64,000 nucleotides of DNA from assembly GCA_964016885.1 (NCBI GenBank), contig OZ024752.1:34472001-34536000 (forward strand), in the 5' to 3' direction. This document shows, in pieces, positions 21,901-36,900 of the stretch (positions within the stretch are counted from its first letter, which is position 1; each line of letters begins with the position of its first letter). This DNA comes from Eledone cirrhosa. Its lineage: Eukaryota. A program made the position numbers and the translations under genes. Below the pieces are notes generated by a model. That model ran no database searches. It was not told the DNA's origin and saw only the letters and a list, made by a program, of their open reading frames with translations.

Positions 21901-24900
21901 CTGAGAAGGGGCAATGGTAAGACAGAGAGAACATGCACAGGGTTACTGAGAAGGGGCAATGGTAAGACAGAGAGAACATGCACAGGGTTACTGAGAAAGG
22001 GAAATGGTAAGACAGAGAGAACATGCACAGGGTTACTGAGAAGGGGCAATGGTAAGACAGAGAGAACATGCACAGGGTTACTGAGAAGGGGCAATGGTAA
22101 GACAGAGAGAACATGCACAGGGTTACTGAGAAAGGGAAATGGTAAGACAGAGAGAACATGCACAGTGTTACTGAGAAGGGGCAATGGTAAGACAGAGAGA
22201 ACAGGCACAGGGTTACTGAGAAGGGGCAATGGTAAGACAGAGAGAACAGGCACAGGGTTACTGAGAAGGGGCAATGGTAAGACAGAGAGAACAGGCACAG
22301 GGTTACTGAGAAGGGGAAATGGTAAGACAGAGAGAACATGCACAGGGTTACTGAGAAGGGGCAATGGTAAGACAGAGAGAACAGGCACAGGGTTACTGAG
22401 AAGGGGCAATGGTAAGACAGAGAGAACAGGCACAGGGTTACTGAGAAGGGGCAATGGTAAGACAGAGAGAACATGCACAGTGTTACTGAGAAGGGGCAAT
22501 GGTAAGACAGAGAGAACATGCACAGTGTTACTGAGAAGGGGCAATGGTAAGACAGAGAGAACATGCACAGGGTTACTGAGAAAGGGAAATAGTAAGACAG
22601 AGAGAACATGCATAGGGTTACTGAGAAGGGGCAATGGTAAGACAGAGAGAACATACACAGGGTTACTGAGAAGGGGCAATGGTAAGACAGAGAGAACAGG
22701 CACAGGGTTACTGAGAAGGGGCAATGGTAAGACAGAGAGAACATGCACATGGTTACTGAGAAGGGGCAATGGTAAGACAGAGAGAACATGCACAGGGTTA
22801 CTCAGAAGGGGCAATGGTAAGACAGAGAGAACATGCACAGTGGTACTGAGAAGGGGCAATGGTAAGACAGAGAGAACATGCACAGTGTTACTGAGAAGGG
22901 GCAATGGTAAGACAGAGAGAACATGCACAGTGGTACTGAGAAGGGGCAATGGTAAGACAAAGAGAACATGCACAGGGTTACTGAGAAGGGGCAATGGTAA
23001 GACAGAGAGAACATGCACAGGGTTACTGAGAAGGGGCAATGGTAAGACAGAGAGAACATGCACAGGGTTACTGAGAAAGGGCAATGGTAAGACAGAGAGA
23101 ACATGCACAGGGTTACTGAGAAAGGGAAATAGTAAGACAGAGAGAACATGCACAGGGTTACTGAGAAGGGGAAATGGTAAGACAGAGAGAACATGCACAG
23201 GGTTACTGAGAAGGGGCAATGGTAAGACAGAGGGAATATGCACAGGGTTACTGAGAAAGGGAAATGGTAAGACAGAGAGAACATGCACAGGGTTACTGAG
23301 AAGGGGCAATGGTAAGACAGAGAGAACAGGCACAGGGTTACTGAGAAGGGGCAATGGTAAGACAGAGAGAACATGCACAGGGTTACTGAGAAGGGGCAAT
23401 GGTAAGACAGAGAGAACATGCACAGGGTTACTGAGAAAGGGAAATGGTAAGACAGAGAGAACATGCACAGGGTTACTGAGAAGGGGCAATGGTAAGACAG
23501 AGAGAACATGCACAGGGTTACTGAGAAAGGGCAATGGTAAGACAGAGAGAACATGCACAGGGTTACTGAGAAGGGGAAATGGTAAGACAGAGAGAACATG
23601 CACAGGGTTACTGATAAAGGGAAATGGTAAGACAGAGAGAACATGCACAGGGTTACTGAGAAGAGGCAATGGTAAGACAGAGAGAACATGCACAGGGTTA
23701 CTGAGAAGGGGCAATGGTAAGACAGAGAGAACATGCACAGGGTTACTGAGAAGAGGCAATGGTAAGACAGAGAGAACATGCACAGGGTTACTGAGAAGAG
23801 GCAATGGTAAGACAGAGAGAACATGCACAGGGTTACTGAGAAGAGGCAATGGTAAGACAGAGAGAACATGCACAGGGTTACTGAGAAGGGGCAATGGTAA
23901 GACAGAGAGAACATGCACAGGGTTACTGAGAAGGGGCAATGGTAAGACAGAGAGAACATGCACAGGGTTACTGAGAAGAGGCAATGGTAAGACAGAGAGA
24001 ACATGCACAGGGTTACTGAGAAGAGGCAATGGTAAGACAGAGAGAACATGCACAGTGTTACTGAGAAGGGGCAATGGTAAGACAGTGAGAACATGCACAG
24101 GGTTACTGAGAAGGGGCAATGGTAAGACAGAGAGAACATATACAGGGTTACTGAGAAGGGGCAATGGTAAGACAGAGAGAACATGCACAGGGTTACTGAG
24201 AAAGGGCAATGGTAAGACAGAGAGAACATGCACAGTGTTACTGAGAAGGGGCAATGGTAAGACAGAGAGAACATGCACAGGGTTACTGAGAAGGGGCAAT
24301 GGTAAGACAGAGAGAACATGTACAGGGTTACTGAGAAGGGGCAATGGTAAGACAGAGAGAACATGCACAGGGTTACTGAGAAAGGGCAATGGTAAGACAG
24401 AGAGAACATGCACAGTGTTACTGAGAAGGGGCAATGGTAAGACAGAGAGAACATGCACAGGGTTACTGAGAAGGGGCAATGGTAAGACAGAGAGAACATG
24501 CACAGGGTTACTGAGAAAGGGAAATGGTAAGACAGAGAGAACATGCACAGGGTTACTGAGAAGGGGCAATGGTAAGACAGAGAGAACATGCACAGGGTTA
24601 CTGAGAAAGGGCAATGGTAAGACAGAGAGAACATGCACAGTGTTACTGAGAAGGGGCAATGGTAAGACAGAGAGAACATGCACAGGGTTACTGAGAAGGG
24701 GCAATGGTAAGACAGAGAGAACATCCACAGGGTTACTGAGAAGGGGCAATGGTAAGACAGAGAGAACATGCACAGGGTTACTGAGAAAGGGCAATGGTAA
24801 GACAGAGAGAACATGCACAGTGTTACTGAGAAGGGGCAATGGTAAGACAGAGAGAACATGCACAGGGTTACTGAGAAGGGGCAATGGTAAGACAGAGAGA

Positions 24901-27900
24901 ACATGCACAGGGTTACTGAGAAAGGGCAATGGTAAGACAGAGAGAACATGCACAGTGTTACTGAGAAGGGGAAATGGTAAGACAGACAGAACATGCACAG
25001 TGGTACTGAGAAGGGGCAATGGTAAGACAGAGAGAACATCCACAGGGTTACTGAGAAGGGGCAATGGTAAGACAGAGAGAACATGCAGAGGGTTACTGAG
25101 AAGGGGCAATGGTAAGACAGAGAGAACATGCACAGGGTTACTGAGAAAGGGCAATGGTAAGACAGAGAGAACATCCACAGGGTTACTGAGAAGGGGCAAT
25201 GGTAAGACAGAGAGAACATGCAGAGGGTTACTGAGAAGGGGCAATGGTAAGACAGAGAGAACATGTACAGTGTTACTGAGAAGGGGCAATGGTAAGACAG
25301 TGAGAACATGCACAGGGTTACTGAGAAGGGGCAATGGTAAGACAGAGAGAACATGTACAGGGTTACTGAGAAGGGGCAATGGTAAGACAGAGAGAACATG
25401 CACAGGGTTACTGAGAAAGGGCAATGGTAAGACAGAGAGAACATGCACAGTGTTACTGAGAAGGGGCAATGGTAAGACAGAGAGAACATGCACAGGGTTA
25501 CTGAGAAGGGGCAATGGTAAGACAGAGAGAACATGCACAGGGTTACTGAGAAAGGGCAATGGTAAGACAGAGAGAACATGCACAGGGTTACTTAGAAGGG
25601 GCATTGGTAAGACAGAGAGAACATGCACAGGGTTACTGAGAAAGGGCAATGGTAAGACAGAGAGAACATGCACAGTGTTACTGAGAAGGGGCAATGGAAA
25701 GACATAGAGAACATGCACAGGGTTACTGAGAAGGGGCAATGGTGGGACAGAGAGAACATGTACAGGGTTACTGAGAATGGGCAATGGTAAGACAGAGAGA
25801 ACATGCACAGGGTTACTGAGAAGGGGCAATGGTAAGACAGAGAGAACATGCACAGGGTTACTGAGAAGAGGCAATGGTGAGACAGAGAGAACATGCACAG
25901 GGTTACTGAGAAAGGGCAATGATAAGACAGAGAGAACATGCACAGGGTTACTGAGAAGGGGCAATGGTAAGACAGAGAGAACATGCACAGGGTTACTGAG
26001 AAGAGGCAATGGTGAGACAGAGAGAACATGCACAGGGTTACTGAGAAAGGGCAATGATAAGACAGAGAGAATATGTACAGGGTTACTGAGAAGGGGCAAT
26101 GGTAAGACAGAGAGAACATGCACAGGGTTACTGAGAAGGGGCAATGGTAAGACAGAGAGAACATGCACAGGGTTACTGAGAAGGGGCAACGGTAAGACAG
26201 AGAGAACATGTACAGGGTTACTGAGAAAGGGCAATGGTAAGACAGAGAGAACATGCACAGGGTTACTGAGAAGGGGCAATGGTGAGACAGAGAGAACATG
26301 CACAGGGTTACTGAGAAAGGGCAATGGTAAGACAGAGAGAACATGCACAGGGTTACTGAGAAGGGGCAATGGTAAGACAGAGAGAACATGCACAGGGTTA
26401 CTGAGAAAGGGAAATAGTAAGACAGAGAGAACATGCATAGGGTTACTGAGAAGGGGAAATGGTAAGACAGAGAGAACATGCACAGGGTTACTGAGAAGGG
26501 GCAATGGTAAGACAGAGAGAACAGGCACAGGGTTACTGAGAAGGGGCAATGGTAAGACAGAGAGAACATGCACAGGGTTACTGAGAAGGGGCAATGGTAA
26601 GACAGAGAGAACATGCACAGGGTTACTCAGAAGGGGCAATGGTAAGACAGAGAGAACATGCACAGTGGTACTGAGAAGGGGCAATGGTAAGACAGAGAGA
26701 ACATGCACAGTGTTACTGAGAAGGGGCAATGGTAAGACAGAGAGAACATGCACAGTGGTACTGAGAAGGGGCAATGGTAAGACAGAGAGAACATGCACAG
26801 TGGTACTGAGAAGGGGCAATGGTAAGACAGAGAGAACATGCACAATGTTACTGAGAAGGGGCAATGGTAAGACAGAGAGAACATGCACAGGGTTACTGAG
26901 AAGGGGCAATGGTAAGACAGAGAGAACAGGCACAGGGTTACTGAGAAGGGGCAATGGTAAGACAGAGAGAACATGCACAGGGTTACTTAGAAGGGGCAAT
27001 GGTAAGACAGAGAGAACATGCACAGGGTTACTGAGAAGGGGCAATGGTAAGACAGAGAGAACATGCACAGTGTTACTGAGAAGGGGCAATGGTAAGACAG
27101 AGAGAACAGGCACAGGGTTACTGAGAAGGGGCAATGGTAAGACAGAGAGAACAGGCACAGGGTTACTGAGAAGGGGCAATGGTAAGACAGAGAGAACAGG
27201 CACAGGGTTACTGAGAAGGGGAAATGGTAAGACAGAGAGAACATGCACAGGGTTACTGAGAAGGGGAAATGGTAAGACAGAGAGAACATGCACAGGGTTA
27301 CTGAGAAGGGGCAATGGTAAGACAGAGAGAACAGGCACAGGGTTACTGAGAAGGGGCAATGGTAAGACAGAGAGAACATGCACAGGGTTACTGAGAAGGG
27401 GCAATGGTAAGACAGAGAGAACATGCACAGGGTTACTGAGAAGGGGCAATGGTAAGACAGAGAGAACAGGCACAGGGTTACTGAGAAGGGGAAATGGTAA
27501 GACAGAGAGAACATGCACAGGGTTACTGAGAAGGGGCAATGGTAAGACAGAGAGAACAGGCACAGGGTTACTGAGAAGGGGCAATGGTAAGACAGAGAGA
27601 ACAGGCACAGGGTTACTGAGAAGGGGAAATGGTAAGACAGAGAGAACATGCACAGGGTTACTGAGAAGGGGCAATGGTAAGACAGAGAGAACATGCACAG
27701 GGTTACTGAGAAGGGGCAATGGTAAGACAGAGAGAACATGCACAGGGTTACTGAGAAAGGGAAATGGTAAGACAGAGAGAACATGCACAGGGTTACTGAG
27801 AAGGGGCAATGGTAAGACAGAGAGAACATGCACAGGGTTACTGAGAAGGGGCAATGGTAAGACAGAGAGAACATGCACAGGGTTACTGAGAAAGGGAAAT

Positions 27901-30900
27901 GGTAAGACAGAGAGAACATGCACAGTGTTACTGAGAAGGGGCAATGGTAAGACAGAGAGAACAGGCACAGGGTTACTGAGAAGGGGCAATGGTAAGACAG
28001 AGAGAACAGGCACAGGGTTACTGAGAAGGGGCAATGGTAAGACAGAGAGAACAGGCACAGGGTTACTGAGAAGGGGAAATGGTAAGACAGAGAGAACATG
28101 CACAGGGTTACTGAGAAGGGGCAATGGTAAGACAGAGAGAACAGGCACAGGGTTACTGAGAAGGGGCAATGGTAAGACAGAGAGAACATGCACAGGCTTA
28201 CTGAGAAAGGGAAATGGTAAGACAGAGAGAACATGCACAGGGTTACTGAGAAGGGGCAATGGTAAGACAGAGAGAACATGCACAGGGTTACTGAGAAAGG
28301 GCAATGGTAAGACAGAGAGAACATGCACAGTGGTACTGAGAAGGGGCAATGGTAAGACAGAGAGAACATGCACAGGGTTACTGATAAAGGGAAATGGTAA
28401 GACAGAGAGAACATCCACAGGGTTACTGAGAAGGGGCAATGGTAAGACAGAGAGAACATGCACAGGGTTACTGAGAAAGGGCAATGGTAAGACAGAGAGA
28501 ACATGCACAGGGTTACTGAGAAAGGGCAATGGTAAGACAGAGAGAACATGCACAGTGTTACTGAGAAGGGGCAATGGTAAGACAGAGAGAACATGCACAG
28601 GGTTACTGAGAAGGGGCAATGGTGAGACAGAGAGAACATGCACAGTGGTACTGAGAAGGGGCAATGGTAAGACAGAGAGAACATGCACAGGGTTACTGAG
28701 AAGGGGCAAAGGTAAGACAGAGAGAACATGCACAGGGTTACTGAGAAGGGGCAATGGTAAGACAGAGAGAACATGCACAGGGTTACTGAGAAGGGGCAAT
28801 GGTAAGACAGAGAGAACATGTACAGGGTTACTGAGAAGGGGCAATGGTGAGACAGAGAGAACATGCACAGTGGTACTGAGAAGGGGCAATGGTGAGACAG
28901 AGAGAACATGCACAGGGTTACTGAGAAGGGGCAATGGTGAGACAGAGAGAACATGCACAGGGTTACTGAGAAGGGGCAATGGTAAGACAGAGAGAACATG
29001 CACAGGGTTACTGAGAAGGGGCAATGGTAAGACAGAGAGAACATGCAGAGGGTTACTGAGAAGGGGCAATGGTAAGACAGAGAGAACATGCACAGGGTTA
29101 CTGAGAAGGGGCAATGGTAAGACAGAGAGAACATGTACAGGGTTACTGAGAAGGGGCAATGGTAAGACAGAGAGAACATGCACAGGGTTACTGAGAAAGG
29201 GCAATGGTAAGACAGAGAGAACATGCACAGTGTTACTGAGAAGGGGCAATGGTAAGACAGAGAGAACATGCACAGGGTTACTGAGAAGGGGCAATGGTAA
29301 GACAGAGAGAACATGCACAGGGTTACTGAGAAAGGGCAATGGTAAGACAGAGAGAACATGCACAGGGTTACTGAGAAAGGGCAATGGTAAGACAGAGAGA
29401 ACATGCACAGTGTTACTGAGAAGGGGCAATGGTAAGACAGAGAGAACATGCACAGGGTTACTGAGAAAGGGCAATGGTAAGACAGAGAGAACATGCACAG
29501 GGTTACTGAGAAAGGGCAATGGTAAGACAGAGAGAACATGCACAGGGTTACTGAGAAGGGGCAATGGTAAGACAGAGAGAACATGCACAGGGTTACTGAG
29601 AAAGGGCAATGGTAAGACAGAGAGAACATGCACAGGGTTACTGAGAAGGGGCAATGGTAAGACAGAGAGAACATGCACAGTGTTACTGAGAAGGGGCAAT
29701 GGAAAGACATAGAGAACATGCACAGGGTTACTGAGAAGGGGCAATGGTGGGACAGAGAGAACATGTACAGGGTTACTGAGAATGGGCAATGGTAAGACAG
29801 AGAGAACATGCACAGGGTTACTGAGAAGGGGCAATGGTAAGACAGAGAGAACATGCACAGGGTTACTGAGAAGAGGCAATGGTGAGACAGAGAGAACATG
29901 CACAGGGTTACTGAGAAAGGGCAATGATAAGACAGAGAGAATATGTACAGGGTTACTGAGAAGGGGCAATGGTAAGACAGAGAGAACATGCACAGGGTTA
30001 CTGAGAAGGGGCAATGGTAAGACAGAGAGAACATGCACAGGGTTACTGAGAAGGGGCAACGGTAAGACAGAGAGAACATGTACAGGGTTACTGAGAAAGG
30101 GCAATGGTAAGACAGAGAGAACATGCACAGGGTTACTGAGAAGGGGCAATGGTGAGACAGAGAGAACATGCACAGGGTTAGTGAGAAAGGGCAATGGTAA
30201 GACAGAGAGAACATGTACAGGGTTACTGAGAAAGGGCAATGGTAAGACAGAGAGAACATGCACAGGGTTACTGAGAAGGGGCAATGGTGAGACAGAGAGA
30301 ACATGCACAGGGTTACTGAGAAGGGGCAATGATAAGACAGAGAGAACATGCACAATGTTACTGAGAAAGGGCAATGGTAAGACAGAGAGAACATGCACAG
30401 GGTTACTGAGAAGGGGCAATGGTGAGACAGAGAGAACATGCACAGGGTTACTGAGAAAGGGCAATGGTAAGACAGAGAGAACATGTACAGGGTTACTGAG
30501 AAAGGGCAATGGTAAGACAGAGAGAACATGCACAGGGTTACTGAGAAGGGGCAATGGTAAGACAGAGAGAACATGCACAATGTTACTGAGAAAGGGCAAT
30601 GGTAAGACAGAGAGAACATGCACAGGGTTACTGAGAAGGGGCAATGGTGAGACAGAGAGAACATGCACAGGGTTACTGAGAAGGGGCAATGATAAGACAG
30701 AGAGAACATGCACAGGGTTACTGAGAAAGGGCAATGGTAAGACAGAGAGTACATGCACAGGGTTACTGAGAAGGGGCAATGGTAAGACAGAGAGAACATG
30801 CACAGGGTTACTGAGAAGGGGCAATGGTAAGACAGAGAGAACATGCTCAGGGTCACTGAGAAAGGGCAATGGTAAGACAGAGAGAACATGCACAGGGTTA

Positions 30901-33900
30901 CTGAGAAAGGGCAATGATAAGACAGAGAGAACATGTACAGGGTTACTGAGAAGGGGCAATGGTAAGAGAGAGAGAACATGCACAGGGTTACTGAGAAAGG
31001 GCAATGGTAAGACGGAGAGAACATCCACAGGGTTACTGAGAAGGGGAATGGTAAGACAGAGAGAACATGTACAGGGTTACTGAGAAGGGGCAATGGTAAG
31101 ACAGAGAGAACATGCACAGGGTTACTGAGAAGGGGCAATGGTGAGACAGAGAGAACATGCACAGGGTTACTGAGAAGGGGCAATGATAAGACAGAGAGAA
31201 CATGCACAGGGTTACTGAGAAAGGGCAATGGTAAGACAGAGGGAACATGCACAGGGTTACTGAGAAGGGACAATGGTAAGACAGAGAGAACATGCACAGG
31301 GTTACTGAGAAAGGGCAATGGTAAGACAGAGAGAACATGTACAGGGTTACTGAGAAGGGGCAATGGTAAGACAGAGAGAACATGTACAGGGTTACTGAGA
31401 AGGGGCAATGATAAGACAGAGAGAACATGCACAGGGTTACTGAGAAGGGGGCAATGGTAAGACAGAGAGAACATGCACAGGGTTACTGAGAAAGGGCAAT
31501 GGTAAGACAGAGAGAACATGCACACGGTTACTGAGAAAGGGCAATGGTAAGACAGAGAGAACATGCACAGGGTTACTGAGAAGGGGCAATGGTAAGACAG
31601 AGAGAACATGCACAGGGTTACTGAGAAGAGGCAATGGTAAGACAGAGAGAACATGCACAGGGTTACTGAGAAAGGGAAATGGTAAGACAGAGAGAACATG
31701 TACAGGGTCACTGAGAAGGGGCAATGGTAAGACAGAGAGAACATGTACAGGGTTACTGAGAAGGGGCAATGATAAGACAGAGAGAACATGCACAGGGTTA
31801 CTGAGAAGGGGGCAATGGTAAGACAGAGAGAACATGCACAGGGTTACTGAGAAAGGGCAATGGTAAGACAGAGAGAACATGCACAGGGTTACTGAGAAAG
31901 GGCAATGGTAAGACAGAGAGAACATGCACAGGGTTACTGAGAAGGGGCAATGGTAAGACAGAGAGAACATGCACAGGGTTACTGAGAAGGGGCAATGGTA
32001 AGACAGAGAGAACATGCACAGGGTTACTGAGAAAGGGCAATGGTAAGACAGAGAGAACATGCACAGGGTTACTGAGAAGGGGCAATGGTAAGACAGAGAG
32101 AACATGCACAGGGTTACTGAGAAAGGGCAATGGTAAGACAGAGAGAACATGCACAGGGTTACTGAGAAGGGGCAATGGTAAGACAGAGAGAACATGCACA
32201 GTGTTACTGAGAAGGGGCAATGGAAAGACATAGAGAACATGCACAGGGTTACTGAGAAGGGGCAATGGTGGGACAGAGAGAACATGTACAGGGTTACTGA
32301 GAATGGGCAATGGTAAGACAGAGAGAACATGCACAGGGTTACTGAGAAGGGGCAATGGTAAGACAGAGAGAACATGCACAGGGTTACTGAGAAGAGGCAA
32401 TGGTGAGACAGAGAGAACATGCACAGGGTTACTGAGAAAGGGCAATGATAAGACTGAGAGAATATGTACAGGGTTACTGAGAAGGGGCAATGGTAAGACA
32501 GAGAGAACATGCACAGGGTTACTGAGAAGGGGCAATGGTAAGACAGAGAGAACATGCACAGGGTTACTGAGAAGGGGCAACGGTAAGACAGAGAGAACAT
32601 GTACAGGGTTACTGAGAAAGGGCAATGGTAAGACAGAGAGAACATGCACAGGGTTACTGAGAAGGGGCAATGGTGAGACAGAGAGAACATGCACAGGGTT
32701 ACTGAGAAAGGGCAATGGTAAGACAGAGAGAACATGTACAGGGTTACTGAGAAGGCGCAATGGTAAGACAGAGAGAACATGCACAATGTTACTGAGAAAG
32801 GGCAATGGTAAGACAGAGAGAACATGCACAGGGTTACTGAGAAGGGGCAATGGTGAGACAGAGAGAACATGCACAGGGTTACTGAGAAGGGGCAATGATA
32901 AGACAGAGAGAACATGCACAGGGTTACTGAGAAAGGGCAATGGTAAGACAGAGAGAACATGCACAGGGTTACTGAGAAGGGGCAATGGTAAGACAGAGAG
33001 AACATGCACAGGGTTACTGAGAAGGGGCAATGGTAAGACAGAGAGAACATGCACAGGGTTACTGAGAAACGGCAATGGTAAGACAGAGAGAACATGCACA
33101 GGGTTACTGAGAAAGGGCAATGATAAGACAGAGAGAACATGTACAGGGTTACTGAGAAGGGGCAATGGTAAGACAGAGAGAACATGCACAGGGTTACTGA
33201 GAAAGGGCAATGATAAGACAGAGAGAACATGTACAGGGTTACTGAGAAAGGGCAATGATAAGACAGAGAGAACATGTACAGGGTTACTGAGAAGGGGCAA
33301 TGGTAAGACAGAGAGAACATGCACAGGGTTACTGAGAAAGGGCAATGGTAAGACGGAGAGAACATGCACAGGGTTACTGAGAAGGGGCAATGGTGAGACA
33401 GAGAGAACATGCACAGGGTTACTGAGAAGGGGCAATGATAAGACAGAGAGAACATGCACAGGGTTACTGAGAAAGGGCAATGGTAAGACAGAGAGAACAT
33501 GCACAGGGTTACTGAGAAGGGACAATGGTAAGACAGAGAGAACATGCACAGGGTTACTGAGAAGGGGCAATGGTAAGACAGAGAGAACATGTACAGGGTT
33601 ACTGAGAAGGGGCAATGGTAAGACAGAGAGAACATGTACAGGGTTACTGAGAAGGGGCAATGATAAGACAGAGAGAACATGCACAGGGTTACTGAGAAGG
33701 GGGCAATGGTAAGACAGAGAGAACATGCACAGGGTTACTGAGAAAGGGCAATGGTAAGACAGAGAGAACATGCACAGGGTTACTGAGAAGGGGCAATGGT
33801 AAGACAGAGAGAACATGTACAGGGTTACTGAGAAGGGGCAATGGTAAGACAGAGAGAACATGTACAGGGTTACTGAGAAGGGGCAATGATAAGACAGAGA

Positions 33901-36900
33901 GAACATGCACAGGGTTACTGAGAAGGGGGCAATGGTAAGACAGAGAGAACATGCACAGGGTTACTGAGAAAGGGCAATGGTAAGACAGAGAGAACATGCA
34001 CAGGGTTACTGAGAAGGGGCAATGGTAAGACAGAGAGAACATGCACAGGGTTACTGAGAAGGGGCAATGGTAAGACAGAGAGAACATGTACAGGGTTACT
34101 GAGAAGGGGCAATGGTAAGACAGAGAGAACATGCACAGGGTTACTGAGAAGGGGCAATGGTAAGACAGAGAGAACATGCACAGGGTTACGGAGAAGGGGC
34201 AATGGTAGACAGAGAGAACATGCACAGTGTTACTGAGAAGGGGAAATAGTAAGACAGAGAGAACATGCACTGGGTTACTGAGAAGGGGCAATGGTAAGAC
34301 AGAGAGAACATGCACAGGGTTACTGAGAAGGGGCAATGGTAAGACAGAGAGAACATGCACAGTGTTACTGAGAAGGGGAAATAGTAAGACAGAGAGAACA
34401 TGCACAGGGTTACTGAGAAGGGGAAATAGTAAGACAGAGAGAACATGCACAGGGTTACTGAGAAGAGGCAATGGTAAGACAGAGAGAACATGCACAGGGT
34501 TACTGAGAAGAGGCAATGGTAAGACAGAGAGAACATGCACAGTGTTACTGAGAAGGGGAAATAGTAAGACAGAGAGAACATGCACAGGGTTACTGAGAAG
34601 AGGCAATGGTAAGACAGAGAGAACATGCACAGGGTTACTGACAAGGGGCAATGGTAAGACAGAGAGAACATGCACAGGGTTACTGAGAAGAGGTAATGGT
34701 ATGACAGAGAGAACATGCACAGGGTTACTGAGAAAGGGCAATGGTAAGACAGAGAGAACATGCACAGGGTTACTGAGAAGAGGTAATGGTAAGACAGAGA
34801 GAACATGCACAGGGTTACTGAGAAGAGGCAATGGTAAGACAGAGAGAACATGCACAGGGTTACTGAGAAGGGGCAATGGTAAGACAGAGAGAACATGCAC
34901 AGGGTAACTGAGAAGAGGCAATGGTAAGACAGAGAGAACATGCACAGGGTTACTGAGAAGGGGCAATGGTAAGACAGAGAGAACATGCACAGGGTAACTG
35001 AGAAGAGGCAATGGTAAGACAGAGAGAACATGCACAGTGGTACTGAGAAGGGGCAATGGTAAGACAGAGAGAACATGCACAGGGTTACTGAGAAAAGGCA
35101 ATGGTAAGACAGAGAGAACATGCACAGTGTTACTGAGAAGGGGCAATGGTAAGACAGAGAGAACATGCACAGGGTTACGGAGAAGGGGCAATGGTAGACA
35201 GAGAGAACATGCACAGTGTTACTGAGAAGGGGAAATAGTAAGACAGAGAGAACATGCACTGGGTTACTGAGAAGGGGCAATGGTAAGACAGAGAGAACAT
35301 GCACAGGGTTACTGAGAAGGGGCAATGGTAAGACAGAGAGAACATGCACAGTGTTACTGAGAAGGGGAAATAGTAAGACAGAGAGAACATGCACAGGGTT
35401 ACTGAGAAGAGGCAATGGTAAGACAGAGAGAACATGCACAGGGTTACTGAGAAGAGGCAATGGTAAGACAGAGAGAACATGCACAGTGTTACTGAGAAGG
35501 GGAAATAGTAAGACAGAGAGAACATGCACAGGGTTACTGAGAAGAGGCAATGGTAAGACAGAGAGAACATGCACAGGGTTACTGACAAGGGGCAATGGTA
35601 AGACAGAGAGAACATGCACAGGGTTACTGAGAAGAGGTAATGGTAAGACAGAGAGAACATGCACAGGGTTACTGAGAAAGGGCAATGGTAAGACAGAGAG
35701 AACATGCACAGGGTTACTGAGAAGAGGTAATGGTAAGACAGAGAGAACATGCACAGGGTTACTGAGAAGAGGCAATGGTAAGACAGAGAGAACATGCACA
35801 GGGTTACTGAGAAGGGGCAATGGTAAGACAGAGAGAACATGCACAGGGTAACTGAGAAGAGGCAATGGTAAGACAGAGAGAACATGCACAGGGTTACTGA
35901 GAAGGGGCAATGGTAAGACAGAGAGAACATGCACAGGGTAACTGAGAAGAGGCAATGGTAAGACAGAGAGAACATGCACAGTGTTACTGAGAAGGGGCAA
36001 TGGTAAGACAGAGAGAACATGCACAGGGTTACTGAGAAAGGTCAATGGTAAGACAGAGAGAACATGCACAGGGTTACTGAGAAGGGGCAATGGTAAGACA
36101 GAGAGAACATGTACAGTGTTACTGAGAAGGGGCAATGGTAAGACAGAGAGAATATGCACAGTGTTACTGAGAAGGGGCAATGGTAAGACAGAGAGAACAT
36201 GCACAGTGGTACTGAGAAGGGACAATGGTAAGACAAAGAGAACATGCACAGGGTTACTGAGAAAAGGCAATGGTAAGACAGAGAGAACATGCACAGTGTT
36301 ACTGAGAAGGGGCAATGGTAAGACAGAGAGAACATGCACAGGGTTACTGAGAAGGGGAAATGGTAAGACAGAGAGAACATGCACAGGGTTACTGAGAAGG
36401 GGCAATGGTAAGACAGAGAGAACAGGCACAGGGTTACTGAGAAGGGGCAATGGTAAGACAGAGAGAACATGCACAGGGTTACTGAGAAGGGGCAATGGTA
36501 AGACAGAGAGAACATGCACAGAGGTACTGAGAAGGGGCAATGGTAAGACAGAGAGAACATGCACAGTGTTACTGAGAAGGGGCAATGGTAAGACAGAGAG
36601 AACATGCACAGGGTTACTGAGAAGGGGCAATGGTAAGACAGAGAGAACATGCACAGGGTTACTGAGAAAGGGAAATAGTAAGACAGAGAGAACATGCACA
36701 GGGTTACTGAGAAGGGGAAATGGTAAGACAGAGAGAACATGCACAGGGTTACTGAGAAGGGGCAATGGTAAGACAGAGAGAACAGGCACAGGGTTACTGA
36801 GAAGGGGCAATGGTAAGACAGAGAGAACATGCACAGGGTTACTGAGAAGGGGCAATGGTAAGACAGAGAGAACATGCACAGGGTTACTGAGAAAGGGAAA

